Shown: in pieces, positions 1 to 7,674 of the stretch
Position numbering within the stretch: position 1 is the stretch's first letter
Layout: the number at the start of each line of letters is the position of its first letter
IMG/VR virus record: IMGVR_UViG_3300017917_000199
Location: 20,962-84,961 of that record
From: a virus
DNA: 64,000 bases
Direction: 5' to 3' (one strand)
The notes under the pieces: generated by a model
Told to the model about the DNA's origin: nothing
Database searches by the model: none
What the model saw: the letters and a program-made list of their open reading frames with translations, nothing else
Translations under genes and position numbers: made by a program

Positions 1-443
1 CGGTCTAAGGCATACTGTAATCTTGACTTGAATGTAGTTTTTTGCTGACGCATCTGCTCTGGGTCCCAATCAGCCGGGAGAGGCATCTCATCAATTACTT
101 CAGTTGCTTCCCAAACATATGCATCTTCACCGCGATGTTTATCCCAGAATCTACTACCAGCATTAGTTTGGTCGTGACTTCTATTAATAACGTAACCTTC
201 GTTCTTTAGAAAGTCATACATTGACTTAGCAATGCCACGATTGCGATGGTCATCATGGACCCAAAGCATTTGTGGATATAATTCTTTATCTTCTTTAACA
301 AATTCTACGAAAGCCAATGGAGTTTTAGTAGCAGGATCATATGCTTTGATTTTTAATGCGCTATTGTTGAAGGCATACCCCATAATCAAACCATTGTACC
401 TGGCTATCTTTTTGTCTTCAGTAATAAACTCTGTGGCTCTCAT
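1..443 (-). CDS. Partial (3' end beyond window) putative head-packaged protein with GNAT acetyltransferase-like module
   Basis: Not in the ORF track. Manual translation: MRATEFITEDKK...LWVHDDHRNRGIAKSMYDFLK...DQTNAGSRFW (GNAT motif A, RxxGxA). ATGA overlap with the dps stop. Confidence 0.7.
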   Translation of the reverse strand, partial: MRATEFITEDKKIARYNGLIMGYAFNNSALKIKAYDPATKTPLAFVEFVKEDKELYPQMLWVHDDHRNRGIAKSMYDFLKNEGYVINRSHDQTNAGSRFWDKHRGEDAYVWEATEVIDEMPLPADWDPEQMRQQKTTFKSRLQYALD

Positions 444-880
444 TCACGCTCTTTTTTCAAAATACTACGAATGAACCAAGCCTTTTTGCCGTACAAGTCT
501 TGTAATTCAGCCATATAATTTTCAATGCCGTGTTGGTTCTCGTTAGCAGCTTCATCAAACATTGCTGTTACTAATTGAAGCATTGTTTCACAATCCTGCA
601 ATGTTTCAGCGAACATTAGTTCAGCACGAGGAATCTTTGTTTGGTCTTGAATGATTGATAACTGACTGTAACGAGTTAAACTACCGGGTGTGTAATGGCC
701 TAGTATTCTGATATATTCTGCAATCTTGTCGATAGTACCTGCTACATCACCGTATAAGTTATCAAAAAACTCGTGGTATTGCGGAAAGTTGGAACCTTCT
801 ACGTTCCAATGAAAATTTTGACTTTTAATAGCAAAACTCTGTGTGCTTGCTAGTAACACTTTTAAATTGTCTGATAACAT
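440..880 (-). CDS. dps: Dps/ferritin-like DNA-protection protein
   Basis: HWNVEG..F.QYHEFF..LY...IDKIAE ferroxidase signature. Start moved to ATG 880 (MLSDNLK), which follows AAGGA. Confidence 0.9.
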   Translation of the reverse strand: MLSDNLKVLLASTQSFAIKSQNFHWNVEGSNFPQYHEFFDNLYGDVAGTIDKIAEYIRILGHYTPGSLTRYSQLSIIQDQTKIPRAELMFAETLQDCETMLQLVTAMFDEAANENQHGIENYMAELQDLYGKKAWFIRSILKKERE

Positions 881-926
881 TATCTTGGGTATCCTTTTAA
901 ATTCCAATAGAAGTCATAATCTTTCA

Positions 927-2348
927 TTATTTAAGGCCTTTCATAATGGCACTTTCGTTTTTCTTCTTGCCAGCGCAATGTGCTTTTTGACTGAAGCCTT
1001 TAGGATTGCTACAGTTGATGCTGTCTTTGTATTTTTGACTCCACTTTTCATCAATCTGTTCTTCTTCAATACTTTCACTCTTTGTGCCCCAGTTGTTAGC
1101 GCCTTTTTTACGACACTGAACTAGTGCACCGCTTGCATAAGCACTAGGCCATACTTTATAACGGCTCTTTACTTTATAGTAGCAAGCATCTTTCTTTTCG
1201 TTGATTAACAACTCACTGAACATAGGTCCACCGCATTCTGGGCATTGCTGTGCTTCTTCGACCTCTTGTTCTTCGTTGGTATTCTTTACACAGTTTGGAT
1301 ATTTCTTACCAAACATAGTTTTCATACCTTCTTTGTGATAGCCTTTCCAACATGCTTCGTCTAACTTATCTTGTAACTTGTTCAACGCTAATTCAAGTTC
1401 TTGGACTCTTACTCCGCGACCTTGTTCTTTAGCTATTGCAATAAGATTCTTTAGACTATTAATCTTATCTTGTAGCATCGTTTCTTTAGTCGTTGGACTA
1501 GCATTGTCTAATGCACCTTCGTTACTCTTTTTCTTAGTAGCAACATTCTTAGCAGGACCTCTGCGTTCTGGATTAGGATCTTCTCTACGCTTTTTAGCAG
1601 CCGCATACTTACGGCCCTTCTTACCTAAGGCATGCGCTTTAGCTTGTGGCAAACACTTTGGCTTACCTTCACTATCATCACCTCTAGCACAAGCACCGCG
1701 AATCTTACCATCTGGACCAAATCTTACCCATTTTTCTTTGAACCATTTGCGTAAGTTTTCATCTACTTGTTCTTCCGCCACACCTTCTTCTTTCTTGGGT
1801 GTATTGACTGGAACAGTTTTATATACACGCTTTACAGGATCCCAAACAGTTTTGCGTTCACCTTGTTTAGCCATTTGCTTTAACGCTTGAACCGCTGATT
1901 GAAATTTAGGACCATAGTCAGCTTCTTTAGTTTCGTTCATACCTTCAGCATTGCTGATACGCTTTTTTAGTTGACTGATTTGGTCAGCAATTCTTTGCTG
2001 CTTACTTACAAATGAATAGTCATCGCTGTATTGATAGTTAGGATCAAAGCCTTTTTGTAACTGTGCTAGTTGTGCTTTTAGTTGTTCAACATTTTGTTTG
2101 TCAGCTTGCATACTAGCTTGCTGTTGTTGTTTTGCAGCATCAGTACTTGCTTGCTGTTTTGCACGTTGAGCCTCATCATCCTGTGCTTGCATTACTTTTT
2201 CAGCAAAGTATTTGTCATCAGCAGGAATACCATACTTCTTTGAGTATGCATCTATATTTTTTAATATGTCAGCCTTGCGAGTTCTATACTCTTGCTGCAT
2301 GGCTGCAATATCAACAGCTTCGGTTAAACCTTTGACAATGTTGCTCAT
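927..2348 (-). CDS. Modular putative internal head polyprotein (basic Cys-containing modules separated by acidic linkers)
   Basis: Modules ENLRKWFKEKW, EACWKGY, EKKDACYYKVK and EKWSQKYK each follow an xxE site. Confidence 0.6.
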   Translation of the reverse strand: MSNIVKGLTEAVDIAAMQQEYRTRKADILKNIDAYSKKYGIPADDKYFAEKVMQAQDDEAQRAKQQASTDAAKQQQQASMQADKQNVEQLKAQLAQLQKGFDPNYQYSDDYSFVSKQQRIADQISQLKKRISNAEGMNETKEADYGPKFQSAVQALKQMAKQGERKTVWDPVKRVYKTVPVNTPKKEEGVAEEQVDENLRKWFKEKWVRFGPDGKIRGACARGDDSEGKPKCLPQAKAHALGKKGRKYAAAKKRREDPNPERRGPAKNVATKKKSNEGALDNASPTTKETMLQDKINSLKNLIAIAKEQGRGVRVQELELALNKLQDKLDEACWKGYHKEGMKTMFGKKYPNCVKNTNEEQEVEEAQQCPECGGPMFSELLINEKKDACYYKVKSRYKVWPSAYASGALVQCRKKGANNWGTKSESIEEEQIDEKWSQKYKDSINCSNPKGFSQKAHCAGKKKNESAIMKGLK

Positions 2349-2349
2349 A

Positions 2350-3177
2350 TTAATCTTTCTTTACTTTCTCGGGAAGACCCTTGTGTTTTGTCTTAGCAAA
2401 ATCTTTTGCTGCTTTCTTTGGCATTGATTTAGCTACTTTAGCAACTTCTTTGCTAGGAGCCTTCATATCACCCTTTTGTACAGCATGTACCATGCCCATG
2501 AATTTTTGTTGTTTTTTGCTTACAGCTTTTTCATTAACTTTTTCTGATTCATTTGCCATGCCACCTGCGATGACACCACCTGGAGACATTTCATCAATGA
2601 CATGTTCATAATCTTTCATGCTTAGTGTTTTACCACGACTACCTCTAGCAACTAATTTCTCTGCTAGGTCATGTAGATCCATATCAGTGTTAGCGTCTTC
2701 TCTTGCGTATTCTAATAATCTGATTAATAATGGAACATCTAATTTAACTGTATCTGTGGGGTTCATTGAATTTTCAGGTTTACTCAACAATCCAGGCTTT
2801 AGCTTATGACCTTTGCCTACAGCAATAATCTTATCTTCTTCATGTAAGTCAGCTTCTTTGACAGGCTCAGGCTTATTTTTCATTTCTTTACGAACTTCAG
2901 CCTTAGTCTTGCCATACTTCTTTTTGAATTCTTCGTCTGATAAACCATCAGGACCACCTTTTAAATCCATAGAAAGTTGCTTTACAGCACCTTCTGTAAT
3001 TGAATTAGCGAATGGTTTACTTGTTTTCTTGCCCTTGAATAAACTACCTACTTTTTGATCTCCGTAGATACTAGCGTTTCTTGTTTTAGTTGCGCCTAAG
3101 GGACTTGATACTGTAGCTACAGAACCTGAGCCAGTAGCTCCTGCAGAAGTTTCAGTAATTATTTGATTGATTTTCAT
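2350..3177 (-). CDS. Modular putative internal head protein
   Basis: MKINQIITE N-terminus; basic C-terminal module EKAVSKKQQKFMGMV...KHKGLPEKVK; upstream ATAAATA. Confidence 0.55.
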   Translation of the reverse strand: MKINQIITETSAGATGSGSVATVSSPLGATKTRNASIYGDQKVGSLFKGKKTSKPFANSITEGAVKQLSMDLKGGPDGLSDEEFKKKYGKTKAEVRKEMKNKPEPVKEADLHEEDKIIAVGKGHKLKPGLLSKPENSMNPTDTVKLDVPLLIRLLEYAREDANTDMDLHDLAEKLVARGSRGKTLSMKDYEHVIDEMSPGGVIAGGMANESEKVNEKAVSKKQQKFMGMVHAVQKGDMKAPSKEVAKVAKSMPKKAAKDFAKTKHKGLPEKVKKD

Positions 3178-3198
3178 AGGAATTCCAAAGTTATATAG

Positions 3199-3205
3199 TA
3201 TTTAT
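3199..3205 (-). promoter_or_regulatory. T4-like late promoter core ATAAATA
   Basis: The motif recurs in short intergenic gaps upstream of many virion-type genes in this window. Confidence 0.65.
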
Positions 3206-3220
3206 CAAAATACTAAACTA

Positions 3221-5422
3221 TTAGAACTTCCCATCGGGTCTCGCTGTTGGGGGTATACCTGCACGACTTACTTTGCTGTAAAACGCTTTTGCGTTCTTTT
3301 TGATACTGTCGGGCTTAACATCTACTGTTAATGCTGTTTTAAAACGAGGATCGTTTTTCTCTTTTTCGCTAGGGATGTATCCTGAGGCTTCTGCTACATT
3401 CTGCTTTCTAGTCAATTTAAACACAACACCTTCATCACGGTCAATAGCTTGTGCATTATACCCCCATTGTTGAGCATAGCGTTTTACTAGTCTATCATAT
3501 AGTTTAGCTCTACTCATTTCATTCTGTCCAGGCTCAACTTCTTTACTAGCAGAGAATGATATATTTGTCGGTTGTTCCATTTTCAAGAATTCTTGTATGG
3601 CGTGTAGTACAGTAGCAAATACTCTTTGAGCGTCACCTTCACCTGTTAATTCTAGATTGTTATTTCTCCAAAATGTAATAACAACATCGTCAGGTGACTC
3701 ATGGTCAAACATGATGGTCAATGGGGTACCATCTGGGAGTTTTGTCATTGCATCATAATCACCATACTCACTCTTTTCCCATTTAATGGGGTAGGGTTGG
3801 TCGAATGCTTCTGCTATTGAACCACGAAATTGATTGTCTTTTAAACCACCATATGGATTTACTGGAGGTGTTTTTTCACTAGCAAATCGTAATGTATCAT
3901 CTTCTTCAATAGAAGCATTTTTCTCAAAACCCTTCCACATTGCTTTACCTGCAGGAGTTTGTGTGCCGCTAGGTCTAATATCATTGCCCATTGATTTGAC
4001 CCACTTATAGACTTCTGTTGCGATACCCTTCTTTTGATATTCACTCCAAACACTGACATTGCCAGCTAATACATATGGGTCTTTTTTCTTGGCAAATTTG
4101 CTGAATATTTTATACTTAGGTTCAGGTTCATAGTCATGCACAACGAATCTAAAATATCCTATCTTTTTACCGTCAGGTGTAATTACATCAATTCTAAACT
4201 GTTGAGGATATTCATCCGTAACGTTTTGAGCTACTAACTTTAATGGACCTACATCTTTAATGTCAATTTCTTTTTCAGCGTGAAAGTCTTTTTTAACTAC
4301 TTCTGGATTAATCTTTTCATTTACATTATATGTAGGATCAACCTTCTGACGCTTCATGCCCTTAGGTTGATTCTTATCTAATGGATCAATATCAGTTGTT
4401 GTAAGACCCGTTTTTTCTAAATCTTGTATGTACTCGTGTTCTTCTGGTTCGCTGCCAAATGACATTATAGTGCTTGGTGGACCTTGACCAAAGTCATGGT
4501 GACCTAATCCTTTTAAGTTGCTGATATGTTGTCCTAGTTTATACCAGTCATAAACATCACTTACATCTACCTTTACTGTACCAGCTGGCATAGTAGGTTT
4601 GAATTCTGGTCCAGGTGGAGGACCGTTTGGATCATAATCTTCATCGGCAATCTTAGAAAACTCTTTAGATAGTTTGTCTTTAAGTTTATTTTGTTCTGGC
4701 TTCTTATACATAGTTTCAATAGTTAAAATTTCACTATGTAACTTGTCTCTAAGTGCATAAAGTTTTTGAATATATCCTTGACTACGCAATGCTTTAAATG
4801 CTAAATTCTCGGGACCAAACTCGCCTCCCTTATCTAACCCTGCTTGTCTATATTGTTTTATTTTCTTTAGTACTTTATTAACTTTATCTATGTCACTGGA
4901 TTTTAATGCTCGTTTTATGATATCTAATAATTTATCGTATTTTGCTTTTGAGGCGGTTTGGTCAAAATTTGCTCTACGCTTAGTGGGGATTCTAAGCCAT
5001 TTATCATTCAATATACTGTACTCACCTAGACTTACGACTGGTTCTCTGGCGTCTTGTACGTATAATTCTACTGGAACCCCGTGGATAGTAATATCGTGAC
5101 TGTCGTTATAAATTGATTTTTTAGCTTGGAATAATTCCTTATAGACTTCATTTTGTGGCAAGTTGCCTAAGTCTACAAGAATGTGTAAATCTAAATCTGA
5201 GTGCTTTGTGTAGCTATATGCAGCGTTTGAACCTGATACTGTGATATCCTTAACATCTAAATCGTGGATGCCTAGTTCTTCTATAAAATCCTGTGCTATC
5301 AATAATAGTTGTTTTTTAACTTTAGGACGCAATTTCTGCCCAGCCCATAGTTTAGGGTTGAGTTCATCGTGAAAAGTAACCGCATCTGAAAGTTTAAAAC
5401 TGTGTAGTTCGTTTAATTGCAT
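3221..5422 (-). CDS. Multidomain protein: Pol-beta-type nucleotidyltransferase + GNAT-like domain + uncharacterised modules
   Basis: GSNAAYSYTKHSDLDLHIL...VELYVQ (GS/DxD/acidic); VWSEYQKKGIATEVY...QTPAGKAMW (GNAT). Confidence 0.7.
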   Translation of the reverse strand: MQLNELHSFKLSDAVTFHDELNPKLWAGQKLRPKVKKQLLLIAQDFIEELGIHDLDVKDITVSGSNAAYSYTKHSDLDLHILVDLGNLPQNEVYKELFQAKKSIYNDSHDITIHGVPVELYVQDAREPVVSLGEYSILNDKWLRIPTKRRANFDQTASKAKYDKLLDIIKRALKSSDIDKVNKVLKKIKQYRQAGLDKGGEFGPENLAFKALRSQGYIQKLYALRDKLHSEILTIETMYKKPEQNKLKDKLSKEFSKIADEDYDPNGPPPGPEFKPTMPAGTVKVDVSDVYDWYKLGQHISNLKGLGHHDFGQGPPSTIMSFGSEPEEHEYIQDLEKTGLTTTDIDPLDKNQPKGMKRQKVDPTYNVNEKINPEVVKKDFHAEKEIDIKDVGPLKLVAQNVTDEYPQQFRIDVITPDGKKIGYFRFVVHDYEPEPKYKIFSKFAKKKDPYVLAGNVSVWSEYQKKGIATEVYKWVKSMGNDIRPSGTQTPAGKAMWKGFEKNASIEEDDTLRFASEKTPPVNPYGGLKDNQFRGSIAEAFDQPYPIKWEKSEYGDYDAMTKLPDGTPLTIMFDHESPDDVVITFWRNNNLELTGEGDAQRVFATVLHAIQEFLKMEQPTNISFSASKEVEPGQNEMSRAKLYDRLVKRYAQQWGYNAQAIDRDEGVVFKLTRKQNVAEASGYIPSEKEKNDPRFKTALTVDVKPDSIKKNAKAFYSKVSRAGIPPTARPDGKF

Positions 5423-5428
5423 AATATG

Positions 5429-5435
5429 TATTTAT
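5429..5435 (-). promoter_or_regulatory. Late promoter core ATAAATA 6 nt before ATG
   Basis: ATAAATAcatattATG, with no SD. Confidence 0.6.
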
Positions 5436-5443
5436 GCAATTAT

Positions 5444-5527
5444 TTACTGTTTAGGTTGTTTGTTTTCAGGAATAGGTTGCTTTGGAAGTGGGGGATATTT
5501 TGGTGGTCTGTGCCTAAACCAAGACAT
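5444..5527 (-). CDS. 27-aa proline-rich cationic peptide MSWFRHRPPKYPPLPKQPIPENKQPKQ
   Basis: Strong SD (AAGGAGaacaaaATG); CTAAATA late-type promoter at 5544-5550; fills the intergenic gap. Confidence 0.7.
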   Translation of the reverse strand: MSWFRHRPPKYPPLPKQPIPENKQPKQ

Positions 5528-5555
5528 TTTGTTCTCCTTCTTGTATTTAGCGAAT

Positions 5556-5582
5556 CCATTAAAAAAGCCCCTTTCGGGGCTA
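5556..5582 (-). terminator. Rho-independent terminator after pstS (copy 1 of a 27-bp direct repeat)
   Basis: AGCCCC-GAAA-GGGGCT followed by a U-tract on the minus strand. Confidence 0.85.
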
Positions 5583-5584
5583 TT

Positions 5585-6592
5585 TTACTTAATTTGACTC
5601 CAAACTCTTTCACGTATCTGTTTTGTTAGACTGTCTGGTAATGGTACATAATCTAAGTCTGTAGCATCTTTCTTGCCATTCTTAAACGCCCAGTCAAAGA
5701 ACTTTAATACTTCTTGGCTTCTTGCTTTATTGTCTGGATTTTTGTACATAATCACAAAGCTAGCACTAGAGATAGGCCAAGCATTTTGACCCTTTTGATC
5801 CACAATGCTTACACCCATACCAGGAACACTAAACCAATCAGCACCGTCAGCAGCGGCAGCAAATGTAGTATCGTCTGGGTCAACGAATTTACCTGCACGA
5901 TTTTGTAACTGTAGATAATTCATATTGTTCTTTTTGACATACGCATACTCTACGTAACCAATCGCACCTTTAACTCTATTAACGTTAGCTGCAACACCTT
6001 CATTGCCTTTACCACCTACACTGCTTGCAGCTGGCCACTTGACAGCAGCACCCTTACCTACTTTGTCACTCCACTCTTTACTGACTGCTGCTAGGTAGTC
6101 TGTAAAGTTGAATGTTGTTCCGCTGCCATCAGCACGATGAACTACTGTGATATTTGTATCAGGTAATTTTTTTCCTGGATTTAGTGCAACTAACTTGCTG
6201 TCATTCCATTTAGTGATTGTACCTAGATATACTTCTGCTAGTACAGGGCCAGTAATCTTTAACTCACCTGGTTTGAAACCTTCTAAGTTAATTACAGGAA
6301 CTGTTCCACCTATAATTGTAGGGAACTGTACTTGATTGTTCTTATCTAAATCTTCACCTTTGACTGGTGCATCACTTGCTCCAAAGTCAACAGTTTTCAT
6401 ATTAATTTGTTTGATACCACCTGAACTACCGATGCTTTGATAATTTAAATTATTTCCAGTTGCTTTCTTATAGCTTTCAGCCCACTTAGCATAAACTGGA
6501 TACGGGAAAGTCGCGCCAGCGCCTGTAATGTCCGCACTGAATGCGACTGTTGATATTAACAATGCACCTAAAAGTGTTGTCAGTTTTTTCAT
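5585..6592 (-). CDS. pstS: Phosphate ABC transporter substrate-binding protein PstS
   Basis: Signal peptide MKKLTT..AFS; ITGAGATFPYP, YQSIGSSGG, HRADGSGTT. SD GGAG before ATG 6592. Confidence 0.95.
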   Translation of the reverse strand: MKKLTTLLGALLISTVAFSADITGAGATFPYPVYAKWAESYKKATGNNLNYQSIGSSGGIKQINMKTVDFGASDAPVKGEDLDKNNQVQFPTIIGGTVPVINLEGFKPGELKITGPVLAEVYLGTITKWNDSKLVALNPGKKLPDTNITVVHRADGSGTTFNFTDYLAAVSKEWSDKVGKGAAVKWPAASSVGGKGNEGVAANVNRVKGAIGYVEYAYVKKNNMNYLQLQNRAGKFVDPDDTTFAAAADGADWFSVPGMGVSIVDQKGQNAWPISSASFVIMYKNPDNKARSQEVLKFFDWAFKNGKKDATDLDYVPLPDSLTKQIRERVWSQIK

Positions 6593-6643
6593 GTAATATT
6601 CTCCTTGTGTGTTTGTATTACACAAATATTTACTAGAAGAATT

Positions 6644-6661
6644 GTGACAATACTGTGACAA
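6644..6661 (-). promoter_or_regulatory. Pho box (PhoB site) upstream of pstS
   Basis: TTGTCAC-AGTA-TTGTCAC: two half-sites in 11-bp register, matching CTGTCAT-N4-CTGTCAY. Confidence 0.8.
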
Positions 6662-6676
6662 AGTGAAATTATTTAC

Positions 6677-6703
6677 CCATTAAAAAAGCCCCTTTCGGGG
6701 CTA
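6677..6703 (-). terminator. Rho-independent terminator (copy 2 of the 27-bp direct repeat)
   Basis: Identical to 5556-5582: ccattaaaaaagcccctttcggggcta. Confidence 0.85.
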
Positions 6704-6706
6704 ATT

Positions 6707-7624
6707 TTACTGAGCTATTTCGTTACCGTTTTGGTCAACTAATTTAACTTTACCTGCTTTGACTTGCTCATCCAAGTACATAGGTCCAATTGTATTCATC
6801 AAGTGTTGTTGATTTTCTTGACAGAATACATAGCTACCTGAGTGACGCAATAATACTCGCTTATCAACCCAAATCTTACCGCCTAGATCACGCCAGTTTT
6901 CACAGAATGTCCAGTCTTCACTGTAGTAACGGTTTTGGCGAACTGCTGTATCAAAGTAAGTCTTTAAGTGATTATCAAATTTAGGATCTAATCCGATATC
7001 GTTTTTATATTGCTTGACTGCAGGATGAGCCTTCATCTTTTCAAACACGTGCTTCTTCATTAGTAAGAAACCTGTACCTGCTTTAGATACTTCCTGTAGT
7101 TGATCTGGTCCTTCTTCTGCACCTTCGAATCCGTTAACAACCCACTTGATGGGCATAGTCTTCATTGGGTATAGACCACCAATAACATCAACGTCACGGT
7201 TCAATAATACTAACAAGTGCCATGGTTCCCAACCAATATCTGCATCGACAAAGAACAAATGTGTTGCTTCAGGCATGTCTAAGAATTTAGCAGTTAGTGT
7301 GTTTCTAGCACGACTGATGAGAGATTCGTTGACCATGGTTTCGAGAGTCCAATCGATACCAAGCTGTCGGGCTGTGTTTGCCCATTTAATGAAACTCATA
7401 AATGTTGATTCAGTCAACATGCCACCGTAGCATGGCATTGCTATGTGTACACGTGTAGTGCGTAGAAAATCTACGTTAACTTGAACTTGTCCTTGTGCAG
7501 GCGCAGCTTCTTTTTTAGCTTCTTCAGCTAGTTCCTGTACTTGTTCTACAGGAACATTCTTTTCTGCTTTTGGTTTTGCTGCCTTTGCAGCAGCTTTCGT
7601 AGTAGTTGTTTTCTTTGTTGCCAT
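6707..7624 (-). CDS. GT-A fold glycosyltransferase-like protein
   Basis: VHIAMPCYGG, SLISRARN, LFFVDADI (DxD), GTGFLL, SEDWTFC; Lys/Ala-rich N-terminal tail. Confidence 0.65.
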   Translation of the reverse strand: MATKKTTTTKAAAKAAKPKAEKNVPVEQVQELAEEAKKEAAPAQGQVQVNVDFLRTTRVHIAMPCYGGMLTESTFMSFIKWANTARQLGIDWTLETMVNESLISRARNTLTAKFLDMPEATHLFFVDADIGWEPWHLLVLLNRDVDVIGGLYPMKTMPIKWVVNGFEGAEEGPDQLQEVSKAGTGFLLMKKHVFEKMKAHPAVKQYKNDIGLDPKFDNHLKTYFDTAVRQNRYYSEDWTFCENWRDLGGKIWVDKRVLLRHSGSYVFCQENQQHLMNTIGPMYLDEQVKAGKVKLVDQNGNEIAQ

Positions 7625-7674
7625 TTGGTCCTCTTTAAAGATGTAAATATTTACATCAGTAAAGGGGAGTCAAA

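Noticed and set aside
6593-6661. N-terminal extension of PstS in the ORF track
   Set aside because: The region contains the Pho box, promoter and SD; the signal peptide starts at ATG 6592.
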